Assembly: GCA_051294375.1 (NCBI GenBank)
Contig: CM119270.1
Location: 6,999,279-7,063,278, forward strand
Direction of reading: 5' to 3'
DNA: 64,000 nt
From: Paraspadella gotoi
Taxonomy: Eukaryota; Animalia; Chaetognatha
In this document: positions 12,701 through 27,300 of the stretch, in pieces
How the letters are laid out: every line of letters begins with the position of its first letter
Numbering within the stretch: position 1 is the first letter of the stretch
The notes under the pieces: model-generated
Database searches by the model: none
Seen by the model: only the letters and a program-made list of their open reading frames with translations
Told to the model about the DNA's origin: nothing
Made by a program: the position numbers and the translations under genes

Positions 12701-15700
12701 GATTTTGGGGCAGTTGATGCGGAAGAAATGGTTGTTGCCCCAGAGGAGGCGGTCGCCGTGGCGGAGCAGGGTGCGCTCCTGGATCACGGAACCGTTGACG
12801 CAGGTTCGCGCCCCGTTGAGTGTCGTGCAGTAGACGGCGCCCTCGCGGACCTTGGGCAACGAAAAGGAATTACATAGGGAAGTGGTTGAATTTTGAGTGG
12901 GTCAGGATTAAATATCTTTTACTGTCCTTTGAAGAGAAAGAGAGAGAGAGCGAGAGCGAGAGAAAGACAGAAAGAAAGTAAAAGAGAGAGAGGGAGATTT
13001 CTGAGGTTCTAGGTATTCAATAGACATCAAAAGCCAAAACCCTTACCTCCAGGATGGCGTGTTCGGGGACGATCCCGAGACCCGAGAGCTGGATGTCCTG
13101 CTCCACCGGTGCGTCGGGTCGTCCCACTTTGGTGAATTCCTTTAGGTAGTAGACGAGGAGCTCGTTTAACGAAGGATCCGCGTTCAGGTTGACCAGATAG
13201 TTTTTGTCGTTCTCAACCTAAGATAAATGAAGCGAATTTGAGGAATACATGAAAATAAAGCGAACAAGCAGGCAAGATCCACAATCCGAACAAAAACCCA
13301 TCCTCCAACCACATTCATCTTTTCGAAACCCACTTTGATCCCCGATGTCTGCACTGAGATGCCCATCTTCTCCAGGGCTTGCTGTCGCTGCTCGTGTATC
13401 TTCTCCGTCTCCTGCAGCTTCTCCTCCCAAGTCTTGGTCATCTCTTTCATCAGCTTCTCGCTCTCCCGAAGCTGCTCGACCAGGTTGCCTCCTCCAGCGC
13501 CGCCGAGTTGGGATCTGAGAAGGAAGGAAGGAGGATGAAGATTTTTATTTTAAATTTTTTTGCCAAGAAAGTCTGTTTTAATAAAATGATGTAGTTATAA
13601 CGTTTATTATTTTAAAACAAACAAAGTCCACCAATGTTTTTTGGTTCATTTTTATAATAGAGCCTCCAGACTCCCCACACATTCCCCACCTTTTGACACA
13701 CCGACACCAACCTCAATATCTCCACTTCCTCCCTCAGCTCCCTGATGATCCTCGCGTTGGGATCTTCGTTGATGACGGCGTGGTTGACGATCCGCTTGGC
13801 GCGGTCGGCGTAGCGCAGCGTCGACAGCGTCTCCTCGTAATTGTCGGCGGCGGGGGAGAGCGTCGCCACCATCACAGTCCGCGAGTTCCCGCCCAAATTG
13901 TCTTTGAGGATCCAGGTGAGGACAGAGTCGCGGTAAGGGACGAACTTACCCTTGCCTGGACGGAGGAGAAGGGGGTTAGCAGAATGATAGAAGCGGGAAT
14001 TAGTGTGGTTCGTCGGAAAGCGCTTTGAAGCAAATAGTCATTGTCAAATGTTCATTGCTCATTGTTCAACCGGCAACTTTGCTTTTTTTCTTATTTTTTT
14101 CCTTTTTTATTTACACTTTTTCCATCTAGTTCCGGCAACAACTTTTTCCCGGCGAACAACTAACCCTTTCCGGCCGCCTGATCGGCCAGTGACGAAATCA
14201 CGAGTCCCAGCGTCGAGAGAGACTTGTTGATGTTGCTGCCTTCTCTGAGTCGGCTGCCCTCTGCGCCCGTCTTTTGCGCCCGCTCGCTGCCCGCCAAGTC
14301 CACGAGGGACATTTTGGAAACCTGGGGGGAGTTAATAAATTAGAAAGATATAATTTTTGAGGGTTTTTGTTTTAATAACTAGTAATTTGATTAAATTTTT
14401 TTTTAAATGTTGATGTTCATTTGCATATCAGCTTTGTTTGTCGTCATTTTTTGTCTGCAATCTTACTTCATCTTAATAAATCTTAGTTCATTCCTCATAT
14501 TATTAACGTTATTTTAGAGACGAAATATTAACATTTTAATAGTTGACAACAACGACAACGTTTTTACAGGAAAACGGACTTGTTTCGATTTATTGTTAGC
14601 CTTCATTAGTCAAAACATGTCCTTTTTCATGTAAAAACACAAATGTTATTATTTCGTCTTTAAATCAAACGCAACAAATTTCAAGAAATAGCGCGATGTC
14701 TCCTAACCTTTTTTTGAAAGAAAATACACCCTGCTAATAAAAATCGCTGTCATTTGCTTCCAATGAAATCTCGATGTCAGTCAGTCAATGACTTTTTTTC
14801 GTATCTGGCCAGATTTCAGCGTTTCCAACCGCATTCTAAACTTGTCCCCAAAAAGAAGTTTTTTTTTTCAAAATTTCGCCAGCTATTTACCAATTCAGAA
14901 GGTTGCCAGACTGACCGACCGATCTCCTGCATCCCACGACCTCACCCGTTTAACCTCACCTTTTCCCCGCTGAGTCCCGAAGGTCGGTCGAAGCGCGACT
15001 GAGTCAGGATGACGTTGAAGACGGCGTGCGACCGCGAACTCTCGCTGTTCATGTTGGTGGCGGCGACGGTGCGCTGCTTGTTCCCTTCGCTCATCAGAGA
15101 GTCGATGTCGTCGAAGGAAGAGACGGCGAGTTGGGAGAGGCCGTCCACGTAGGGACCCAGGATGTTGTGTTCGCGGACCTGATCGGGCGAGGTTGGGAAA
15201 ATTTTATGCGGTAATGTCATTTTTTTGGTATCATGTTGTACAAATTGCGTAGTCGGGCAATTCATAAGTTCACCCCGCCTATAATCATGCTTATGTAACT
15301 AAAGATTTGTAATTTGTTACAGCAAAACAGCCGTCGCTATAAGTAAAACTAGTTTTAACTCATTGATGGTGAATGATTGTAAGATTAGTAGTAGAAACCA
15401 AAGTAATACATATCCTAAATTTAAAACCTTTAATAACCAAAACCTTTTCCTTTTTTTTTCTCCAACTGTTAATAAGAGTTATTGATTGCAAATGATTGAT
15501 TGATTTATTGAAAATGAAACAACGAAAATCTCGTCAATTTCTTTGCATCTTTCACCTCCACTACCGAGTCCCAACTTCCTTGTACCTTGAGGTTCTGCTT
15601 GTTTCCCCGGGGGTCCAAGAGGTCGTGGACTTTCTCATTGTAAATCTCCATGTAGGAGACTTCGACTTTGCACTCGAGGTCTTCGCCTTCGTCGGTGTCG

Positions 15701-16548
15701 GCGATCCGCTCGAACATCCGGTCGCACAGCCTGGGAGGTTGGGAAGTGATCGATCTTAGTAGAGACAATGTTGAGGGATTCGTTTCGCGTCTCACAACTA
15801 ATAAACTAAACTTGTTCCGTTTTTTACGACAATTTTTAATTGTTTAAATTTTAATTAATTAATTTTATTTAATTAACTGTTTTTTTCTCTCTATTTTATA
15901 ATGTTTTTTTTTTTTGCTTAGACTTAGTCTATGTTTGTTTGTTTGTTTGTTTGTTGATGATGATTGTACTGAATCAAACTCGTTGTATTCGAATAAAATC
16001 GCATAAATACAACAACAACAACAACAACAACATCAACAACAAGACGACCGCTGCCAAATCCACCTGGGAATGATGCCTTTCTGCTCGTCGGTGCCCATCA
16101 TGGAGTAGGACTTGCCCGAACCCGTCTGCCCGTAAGCGAAGATGCAGGCGTTGTAGCCTCCGAAGGCGTTGTCAAGGATGTCGACCCCGAGGGCGTTGAA
16201 GACGGTCTCCTGACTCGCGAAGTTGGCGTCGCCCGGCGACACGGACCAGAAGCAGTGGTCGAAGGCGAACGACTTTGGGTTTTTGCCGATGGAGGCGTTT
16301 TGCTGTTGCTGTTGTTGAGAAGAAGGATCTTGCTGTTGTTGCTGTTGCTGCCCGGCGAGTTCGTGGGGGTGATGGAGGACGATCTGTTCGTCGCCGTCGA
16401 CGGCCAGGCAGACCTTGCAGCCCAGCGCCAACTCGCGTCGGTTGAGCGGACGAATGCGGACGGCCACCTTCACTTTGGCCGAGTCTTTGTCCGACGTCGC
16501 CGCCGCCGCCGACGACGCCACCGACGACGCCGCCGATGACGCCGCCAT
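6720..16548 (-). CDS. KIF13B: Kinesin-3 KIF13A/B-like (Khc-73) motor with FHA and C-terminal CAP-Gly domains, about 1969 aa
   Basis: Exons (minus, all GT-AG): 16548-16064, 15730-15586, 15178-14960, 14321-14165, 13955-13712, 13514-13334, 13217-13047, 12850-12161, 11740-11573, 11146-10703, 10493-9708, 9335-8943, 8802-8203, 7946-6720; total 5910 nt. Motifs: KVKVAVR, P-loop [55 protein letters not shown] ([16 protein letters not shown]), CAP-Gly GKNDGS. Confidence 0.95.
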
Positions 16549-16602
16549 CGCGGGCGGGCGGGGGCGCGGCAAGGAGGCTGGGGAGTGGGGTGGCGTCACT
16601 GT

Positions 16603-16604
<2 letters not shown>

Positions 16605-16676
<72 letters not shown>
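16605..16676. repeat. (AG)n microsatellite forming the polypyrimidine tract of the KIF13 ATG-exon acceptor
   Basis: The minus strand reads (TC)n-CCACAG|TGACGCC, with the acceptor AG at 16600-16599. Confidence 0.9.
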
Positions 16677-16679
<3 letters not shown>

Positions 16680-17063
16680 ACTATTTGACTGTTTGAAAAA
16701 GAATCTCGGGTCGCGATACCCTTTGCATCGGACAAAGAGTGAGACAGAGTCAGAGTCAGAGACTGATAAAAAAAAATTGACTGACGTTGAGATATCTCTT
16801 TTATCGAACGGAGACTCGAAGAGTCAGAGAGATAGAGAGGGAGAGAGAGACTAATAACATTATCGAATAAAAAAGTGGTTTTATATAAAAACCTAAAAAA
16901 ACCGAAAGAGAACGAACACTATTTTTTTCCCGGTCGATTTAATCCGATGAAATTCTTCGAGTGTTTAAAAAAATATTTGAAAAAATAGTTCAAATGGGAA
17001 AAAAATAACTTTTTTTTACATCGAGAAAATTCAATAAATAAAAAAAAAACGAAACTAAGGCAA

Positions 17064-17132
17064 GGACTAATGGCTCAGTGGTTAAAACACGCGAATAACC
17101 ACGAAGGATCTCGGGTTCAAATCCGTTGGTTA
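17064..17132 (+). pseudogene. Degenerate tRNA-derived sequence (SINE head or tRNA pseudogene)
   Basis: A box TGGCTCAGTGG, B box GGTTCAAATCC and a weak acceptor stem GACTAAT/GTTGGTT. The D and anticodon stems do not pair. Confidence 0.6.
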
Positions 17133-17624
17133 ATTATTTTGTGAAGGAATTAAAAAGATTCCCTCAGTGAACTAACTTTCAAATATCATACAGTCTCTTT
17201 TCATAACGATTTCAAAAGAAACAAAAAAGAAAACGAACAAAATGTTTCTTTAAACGAGACAAGTCTAAGAAAAATTATGAGTCATCCGCGCCGCCCACGA
17301 AGAGAAAAGAAAACGGGTCGGTCTGATTAAGACGAGGAACTGGCGAGAGCGACTATTTTGAAAACAACAAGAGGATAACTTTCAAAAATTCGAAAATTTG
17401 TTTTGAATTTTTTTTGTTTTGTTTTCATTTTATACAACTTGAAAATAGCCGATCGTAAACGTTGAATGAATAGGATACAAAATAAAATTACGTAAAAGAA
17501 TAAAAGGAAAAAAGAAACGACGGCTGGAAGTAAAAATGTTTGCAATTCTGAGTAAAAATCTGTTTGCATTTCTCTTCCACTGAGAAACAACATCTAATCC
17601 AATCGGGAGAAAATTCTTTAAGGT

Positions 17625-18025
<401 letters not shown>

Positions 18026-18404
18026 TTCCCTTTCTCTCAAAATTATCTTTCTTTCACTCTCAGCACTCCGTCTTTGCCCATCCCTAACCCGACGGGCAAA
18101 GAAAGAAACAGGACCGAGGAATATTCTCTCTCTCTCAGTAGCTCGTTCTCTTTATATTTCTGTCTCTCTCTATTTCACTCTCTCACCTGTTATGGTATAC
18201 CGTTCAGCGTATATTCGTCACATCGGTGAAAAGGAAATTTAAAAGCGAAAAAAAAAGAAAACTAGTTTTCTTTTTTTTTAAATTGACATCGCATAGAAGA
18301 CGACTTCATTTTTCTTTCATTGCGACGATGTCATTTTGACGTCGTTTTTGACGTCGGTGTTAACGTCGGGACGAGTTCGTGAGAGGCTCTTGCGGAACAT
18401 GGCT

Positions 18405-18519
<115 letters not shown>

Positions 18520-18788
18520 GCCGCAGCAGCAGCGGTGCCATCCTCTTCAGCGGCCGCCTCTCCGCTGGATCGGTTTTGGAGAGGCGGCGCAGTAACACCG
18601 CTGCTTATCTCATAATAATGCGGCGAGTGGCGGCCTCTGTGCTAGAGAGAGCGAGAGCACCATGGTTTACCGAAATTCTTTTTTTTTTTCTCTTTCGATT
18701 TAAGGAAAAGGAGGAAAGAATTCGAGGAGGATTTTTCACTTAAGTCTTCTCAAAAAATCGATCTAATCCGAACGTTTTTTTTTCCTGT

Positions 18789-18916
18789 CCAATCAAAGTC
18801 GTAGGTCCAATCAGCGATATCCAATCAAATGATGATCGACCATCTACGGTGATTTGATTGGCTCAGATAAAAATAAATCTACCAATCACTAGTGGCGCAG
18901 AAAAATTATCACGTGA
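18789..18916. promoter_or_regulatory. Cluster of five CCAAT boxes plus an E-box
   Basis: CCAATC at 18789, 18807, 18821 and 18882, ATTGG at 18857, and TCACGTGA at 18909-18916. Confidence 0.45.
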
Positions 18917-19283
18917 CTACTGAATTCTATTAATGATGCAAATAATGTAATTAATCTTGAATATTGAATGATAAGAGCAAGCATAAATTTAGATTTCCAA
19001 AATTATATTGTTTGATAAAGTCATAAATTATTGTTTCCTGAAAAAAGTTTTATTTTAGAGAGGTTAAAGAATAAATTGTTTCACCATCACATTTTTTTTC
19101 TTACCCCCTAAGAACGACACTATAGAGAGAAAGAAAGAGAGTTAGAGAGAGAAAGGGGGGAAAAGATAATAAACTCTTTTCTCCATCGTCGTCGTCGCCA
19201 TTCAAATTTAATTCCTTGATTTTTTCCTTTCGCTTTTTTTATTCTAAAACCAAACCCCCGGTTCTGAGGAAGAGTTACCAGCA

Positions 19284-19343
<60 letters not shown>

Positions 19344-21385
19344 TCTTCTCTCTTCTCTCTCTCATGTTCCTCCATTAGGCTCCCAAAGAATTTTTTGCCT
19401 TACCAAAGAACGTCGGGCTCCCAACTTTGACTTCATTCTCTCTCTCTCTCTCTCTCTCTTTCTTTTTCTTTCACGTGCGCTCTCTCGGCCGTGCATCCTG
19501 GCAACGCGTGTCATCCTGCATCAGCACAACATCCGCCCGGAGGCCCAGCGCACACGCGCGCAAGAGAGCGAGCGAGAGAGAGATAGAGAGCTAGAGAGAG
19601 AGGCTCACTAGACGGGGCGAGCGGCCAGGAGAGTCGACTTACATCTTCTAGAATTCCTCCTCCTCCTCCTCCTCCTCCACCGATGCCAGGATGATGATGA
19701 TGATGACGAGAACGACGACGACGACGACGACGACGCCCAGTGCAACAGTAGCCAAACCATATTTCTATCCGTTTCGGTTCCACGGAGATTTTTTTTTATT
19801 TTGTTTACGGTCGCGGGGTTTTCGATCCCCGGTGTGAGGGTTCGATCCGGTACTGATTCCCCCGTACTTTGCCGATTGGGTAACTCCATTTGGTTATTTT
19901 TTCCCCAATGGAATACGAAAACAGTCGAGAAATGTCGTTACCCTCAAATACAGCGATCATGAGCGTGACGGGAACGCGCGGAAATGTCCGACCCGACTGA
20001 CGTCTCTCGTTTTCCATGTTTCATCAATTTTTCTTTCTTTTTCTTTCCAGCGAATCTTTTTTTTCTCCTCTTCGAACTCGGTCCCTCCCCTTTAAAGTCC
20101 CGGAAGTGAAAAAAAACCTACGTTGACGCCCACCTTCGCCACGCCCGCCGTCACGTCGTAACTTACCCTACCCACGTTTTCGTTTTTCGCGATTTAAAAC
20201 TTTTAATTTGACCATTAATCTACTCCGTTTCTCTCTGTCTTTTGAAAAAAAAAATTCAAACCCTTTCCCTCGATTCTCATCCTCGAACCGCGATCTCATA
20301 AATTCGAGTCGGGGCCGAGAATGTCTTCAGCGTCGCCTCCACGCTTCCAACGCTTCGTCCGTCGAAAGGACGATCGAATTTCATCTTTCGTCGATCGATG
20401 ATAAGAAAAGTCGTCGAAGGATGCGACGCGAGTGTCCGAGCGTGACACGGGTCCGCCTCGGCGTCACCGCGTATTTGCGTTGAAACAAACGAATACAAAT
20501 TTAACGAAGGAATACATTTAAAAAAATAAAAATACTTGAAAAACGGAGCAAATCAAGAGAACGGGCATGGATTAATTCGTATCGCGTCTCGCCGCGCGAA
20601 TTTACGCTTCCCCTCCCATCGTTTAAATCATTTCGAAGATTTTAACGGAGAATAATCCACTTTTCCCATTGATTTTTATTTTTGTTCCCAGTTTAATTTT
20701 TTTTTCTTCTAAATTTCAGTTCCCCTTTTTGTTTTTTTGTTTTGTTTTTTTCTTGTTCGATGGCGCCACACTTCATTCCGATTTTATTTCTGCGAATCAA
20801 CGAACGAGATCTCAATTCAACGAGGCCCAACGATTGACTAAAATAAAATAAAAAAATAATAAAACAAAAAACGAAAGTGAAAAAAAAAATCCGCAAAAAC
20901 GAGCGTTTTAATTGCGCTTGCGCATTTCGTTCTTCTATCATTTCGTCGACGCCACGCCCTTCCCCATTGCTCCTCGGTGGTTTCGTTATGATGCGGCGCC
21001 GGTCTCGGCCCGGCGTCGACACGGACGTCGCCGCCGAGAGCACCGCCGCGCGGGGCCGTTGAACCGTAGGGAGAGGGCCGATTTCTCCCGGCGGCGGATC
21101 GGCGTCATGGACGACGGCGACGCCGGAAAATCCCGGCTTCCGCCCGTGGTCGCCGGAATCGCCGTCGTCGGGAAGGCCGCAATGAAATCGTCTTCCGTTT
21201 TTCGTTGTCGTTAGTTTCTTTTTTCCCTCCCTTCAATTTCCCTAATCCCCCTTCCCCCGCATCACCCGTCTCCATTCGCACTCCGACACCCCATCGCTAA
21301 AGTCTCCCCCTCACCCTCTCTCGTCCGCGGGTCTTCGAAACCATTCGAACGCCCCCCGACGATCCTCTTCCCCCCGCTCCCTCAA

Positions 21386-24300
21386 ATGACGGAGAAAATG
21401 TCGATGCGACCGCGGGGCCAGTCGACGGGGAAACCGCACAAGGCCACCTTCAAGTCCTACCTGCAGGAAAACATTACGGAGCCGGGCTACGCCGCCAGCG
21501 GCAACAACGGCGTCCACCGGAGCGGCGGTGGCGGCGGATCGTCCTCGAACTCTTCGTCGGCGCCGCACCCCGCGGACGGGGCCTCGATCGAAGACGACGA
21601 CCACCAAATCGCCGTCGACGGTCTCCCCAACGACGTCGTCGAGGGCGGCGGCTTCGAGAGCCTCGAGGAGGGCTACGAGGAGACTCAGTTGGAGGTCTTG
21701 CTGGAGCCCGTGTTGCTCCGAGGCGAAGTCGTCCGGCACAGAGCCGAGAACGTTCTCAAGTGAGGAGTCGTTGGTTTTATTACTTATTTATTACTATTTC
21801 TTTTATTATTCTTTAAAGGGCACATCTTACTTAAGTAATAAGTTACTGTTGGTCATTTTAACAAATTCTAAACCAGAATTTAAAAAATAAATCAAAAACT
21901 AAGTTGTGTTGTTGTTTTCAAGGTACGCTAATTTCAGCGGTTTCAAGCACGGCTGCTCAGGAGTTCTTTACCTGACCAACTTTCGAATCGCCTTCGTCAC
22001 GTCGGAAAACTTTGGAACCGCGCAAACACACCAGGTTTAAATCAAATTCACAAAAAAGTTTCATAAATAGAGATTTAAATATTTTCAGCAAACTTTCCCC
22101 CTAACATATTTCATATATTTCGAATAAATCGAAATGAATACAGACGATGGGAGCCCTAATCAAGTTTTTTGTCAGTCAGGAATTTGTGAATAATACTCTA
22201 CAAGGTAGTATTAAGTTAAATTCTTTATTTTTTCAATGATAAAAAAATCATTTAAGCAACCTGAGATAACGCAGTTAACGATTGGGCCATTTTCTCCCCC
22301 TTTAATTTTGCCCGTACAAATTTCTTCTCCCTTCCTAACATTCTCATTTTCTCTCTACCCATTTTCTTCTTTGCCCGTGACACCCCCCCTACTTTACCCG
22401 ACCGCGCCCTCCGCAACCCCTCCCCTCTCCCCTCAGAAGAACAAACTCTTCGGCGACCACGACATTCCGCTCGGCCGCGTCGACGGCGTCTTCCAACTCG
22501 GCTCCACCTCGACGACGAGAAAACGATTGCGCGGCAAGGTCGCCGCCAGCCACAAGATCAAGGCGCTGCAGATCTACTGCAAGGACTTCGAGATCCACAC
22601 CTTCTCCTTCAAATTCGCGCGGGAGCGATTCCTCGTCAACGAATTCGTCAACGCCCTCGCCCAGGCCGTCGCGCCGGAGAAGCCCCAGTACGAGCTCCTC
22701 TTCGCCTTCGCCTACCGAACGCCGCCCGATCACGTCGAGGACACGGAAGGGACACGAACGTTCCACGAGGCCAAGGACCTCGACCACGAGCTCCACCGGC
22801 TCCACTGCGCCAACCTTTGGCGAGTGACCCACGTCAACCGGAACTTTCGGCTCTCCGCCCTTCTGCCGCAGTATTTCGTCATCCCGAGGCACATGGTCGA
22901 CCACGCGTGGGAGCGGTTGGCCGGATTCTTCACCGGCGGCAACGCCATCCAATGGAATTACACCCACTCGAACGGGTGCAGCCTCGTCACGATGTCGACG
23001 GTGAACGAGGAGAAGGAGAAACAGAGGCAGCAGCCCGACGAAGTCATCCCCGTGTGGGAGGCCATCGCGCGGGAAGGGGAGAAGAAGCAGCCCTCGGAGT
23101 GCATCGTCAGGGTGAGTTGGAAGGATTTTGGGTTCAGAAACGGTGACTAACAAATTATCCACAGAAATATACTTCGGGGAGGAAAAACTACTTTAAGCGA
23201 TATGCCTCATATCATGTCAACTAATTATTTTCAAGGGATGACAAAATTAGTGAAGTAAAATAAAATAAGGAAGAGGTTCTTAAAAAAAATATGATTTAAA
23301 TGTGGATTTTTTCTTTGAGTAGTGTTGGTTAAGAATCATCGAGAAATAAGCTTAACAATATATACGTCATAAGGCGATCATTCTATACGTAGATGCGGTG
23401 ATCTCTATTAAAATTATAATTCAATTTCATGTTATTTCACGTTTCTTTTCTATTTACTATATAGGCTTAAATTTTTAGATGACCTAATTCCGCGCCTATA
23501 AAATCTGATTTCTTAAAATTGGAATCTCGAACGAGGATGGTTAAGGGTTTTTTTTAAAAGTCAGCAAGGGCATCGTGCTGTCCTCTGGATTAGTCCACGA
23601 TTCAGTAATCTGGGGGGATATTGGTACAAGGAAGATTGGTCGCTGTTACTAATCCGTGGTGCTCATGGGATTCGGTTGGAACTCGCTCTGGGGCAATAGT
23701 AGTTACTCTTGTACTCCCAATGTATACGAATTCGGAGTTTTTGCTTTTCGCTGATCGACCCTCGACGATTTTATTTCTCCAACTCCGCGTGAGAGATTTG
23801 GCGCGACCCGCCGGTTACTAATCACACTTACGCCCTGTTAAATCGCCGTCTTCGCTTTCAAAAGAAAAAAAAGTTAATTTCTTGGCCCCCCCCTCCGCCC
23901 CCCTTTCCCTCGGATTTCCCCCTTTCCCAGTGTCGTCTCTAAAAAAAGAGAGATAGACGGAGAGAGGGGGGGGGGAAAGAGAAACGAAATTCATTAGCTC
24001 CATTGAAACGCAAGCGCGAGGGAACGAAATCGTTGGAAGAGAGACGGATTTAGGAAAAGCAGGGCAGGGTGGGGGAGAGAGAGCGGGGAGGAAGAGAGAA
24101 GGATATGGGATGGGAGCGGAACTAAACCGGGGAGAAGAGCTAAAGAAGACGCAATAAAACGGGCGACAGATAGGGAGAAAATTAAGAAGAGGGAAGAAGA
24201 AAACTTAAGTAGTAATTGGGGGAAAGAGAGCAGATAGGGGAGAGAGAGAAAGATAGAGATTTGGCATTTTATTCAGGAACGAGGAACGATTCGAACGGGA

Positions 24301-27300
24301 CGGAAGCTGTAAACATCGGAGTCACGAATGAGCCGTCCGATCATCAGTCAAGATGACTGATGACTGTCGCTACAGAGATTCATTGGTGTCGATGTCGGTG
24401 TTATTTTCATAAGAATTGGCTAACTGTTGATAATGAATCAACGGCAATAGAAACGAGGCCGATTCCAGAAAAAAAAACGTGAAATTTCGTTCATCTGTAA
24501 ATTAATGAAACGGAATGTTCCATTCGCCGTCCACAATTGCCCGTCACAACTGTGAATTCAGTTCGTCATCGCCTTCACTATTGTCGCCGCTAAGATCCGC
24601 GTCGTTCTTCTAGAAGGAGGAGGAAGAGGATGGCGGCGCAGGAATAAAATCTCACTTATCGTCGGCGTCGACTTTCGCTCTCCATTTCGCCTTCGGTCGC
24701 GAGTCAATCGCGAGAGAGAGGGAGTGAGAAGCTACAGAGAGAGAGAGAAAGAGCGCATTCTCCTTATTACTCGCCGGTTGTTGAGTGTCGTCGGCTCGCA
24801 GTCTTTTCGGACGTTTCGACACCGAAATGTGTACGGTTCTGTCGCGAAGGAAAACAGTTAAAATGCAATGGCTCGAAATTCCGTTTTAGCGAGGCAATAG
24901 TTATTCAATTTATAATATTTTATATATTGATTTCAACTCCGAATTTCCAGTTTACAGAGACTCATTTTTATCTTTCAAATTAATGAGAGAATATATAAGT
25001 AAATTAAGAAAGGACGGTGCAACTTCCCCATTAACTGAGACACATTCCATTTAATGTGAGGCATTCTTTTCATTGAACATGGTTTCAATCACCTCGGCAT
25101 TCTAATCAGCGTGTTACGTAGCCGAGCGTCGAAACGACGCTAATAGTCAACTACGATGGAGATAAATTCGCCTTGGCGGTTGTTCCGGAGTTAAGAGACG
25201 CTGGCGGTACGCGACCTTATTACTCTCTGTGGAGAGAATTGAGCTTCGGTTAGGATCATGGGGATTGGGGAGGTTTCGGTGGGAGTTGAGAGAAATAAAA
25301 AAAATATTTTTGCTGTTCGTCACTGAAAAATCAGGGGGGGGTTCATTGAGTCATGTTTGCATTTTCGTTTATCTTCGAAACTATGAAGAACTATTTTATT
25401 TATAATAATTTTTTCTATGTCCTTCTTAGAATGAAGAACCTGAGGTAGATTGTTATCTTTCAATAATATTCAATCAATTTCTGGAATGATTTAAATAATG
25501 AAATTTTCAAATTGCTGATTGAAATCCAGCGGTCGGGTTGACTGATATACCAATACCGTTTTGAAAAAAAAAAATATTTTTTTTTGGTTGGGTGAAGCGT
25601 ATCATGTTGATCCGAAACAAACCTCTTGGTGTTTTCCTCCCAAAATAAATTGTTTCAAATCACCGATTTTGGATGAATCATCTTGTTTGCATTAATGATT
25701 CCGCTAATGATTTTTCTTTCCTCCTACCCCTTCCCACCTTCCGTCCTCCATCCCACCTTCCGCCCAACAACCCACCACCTCCACGCCACAGGTTAAGGAG
25801 GTGGTGAAGCGAACCCACCCGGCTCTCAGCGTGCCCGTCATCGTCGATTTGGACGAGTGCTTGGTCTCCGTCCGGGACATGGCGGTCAGCTTCGAGCGGC
25901 TCAAAGATCTCTGCATGCCTTCGTCGGAGGAGGAGTTGAAAACGCAGGACCCGACCTGGTTCTCCTCGGTGCAAAACACACAGTGGCTTCAGGTTTGAGG
26001 AAAAAAGAGAGAATGGAGAAAAACGAACTACTAAAATGATAGTTTTTTTTCTAAAACACAAGACGAGACTAAAGACAAGACGAGATGGTTTTTGAATTAT
26101 ATATATTTTAAAAAAGTATTTAGCAATGGGTGGGATGGTGGGATCGGGACAATTAAGAAATTATCAAATTCTTTTAAAAGTTATTGATAATACATTTTTT
26201 GAGTGATGGTGGCCATCATTGACAAACAATGACAAAGAAGATGAAAGGGATCAAAATATCGACAAAACTGGTGACAATAACAACCACCACGACGAAACTA
26301 CCTCTGTTAAGTTGTTAGTGATCAATCTCTCTCTCAGGGCGTGCGCATGAGCCTGACGGCCGCCTTCGAAGTCTCCCAGTGGCTCGTGACGCGGAAGAAG
26401 AGCGTGATCATCCGCGAGTCGAACGGTGCCCGCGATCTGGCGCCGCTCGTGTCCTCCTTGGTCCATTTGATGCTTGACCCGCACTCGCGGACCATTGCCG
26501 GCTTCCAGACTCTCGTCGAGAAGGAGTGGGTGGCCAAAGGGCACCGGTTCCTGGAGCGGCTCGGCGTCATGGGCGTCCGCGAGAGCGAGGCCGAGTCGCC
26601 CGTCTTTCTCCACTTCCTCGACTGCGCCTGGCAACTCTGCCGCCAATTTCCCTCGCAGTTCGAGTTCTCCGAGATCTACCTGGCCAGCGTCATCGACGCC
26701 ACTCACCTAGGACTCTTTGAGAACTTCGTCTTCGCCTCTGAACATCAGAGGGTCAGGACGATACAGGTGAGTGGGCTTATGGAGGAGCTTGTGGAGCGTG
26801 TAGGCTGGACAGAGGGGATTATTTTTCAGGTCGGAAAGTAGATACATTGGGTTCTTTGAATGTCTGACTTTTTCAAAGAATTTAAAAAAATAAAGCTGAT
26901 TTTACATGAGGTCTACCGTATCTTTCTTTAAAGAAAACGATCATCTACGATTCTACATAATAAAAGGTTCTGACTTAATAATTTGACAGATTAACTTTCG
27001 TAAACTACATTAAATATAATACATACATCTTATTTTAATTATTCTCATTAACAAAATAAAATTTTCACCTCTAGTTGATTATTTAATAGTAATTGTATCA
27101 TATTAATTTTGTACTAAGCAAACTTACGTCAGTACGAAACCTTTATTCATATGAAAACCATGCCCCCAATGCCCCTTCCCCATTACTTCCCCCCCCTTCC
27201 TTCCCCTTTCTAACCTCCTCTCCCTATCTCGTTCCCAGAGTTTCGAAAAGGAGCGACGGCCCTTCCGCGCGCCGAGCGTTTGGGACTGGGGCACCCAATT

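Noticed and set aside
6798-12833. Long plus-strand ORFs antisense to KIF13 (likewise opposite MTMR10, KMT2E-like and CCDC9-like exons)
   Set aside because: Shadow ORFs caused by GC-rich codon usage; no recognisable domains.
17064-17132. Functional tRNA gene
   Set aside because: The D stem and anticodon stem do not pair; only the A and B boxes survive.
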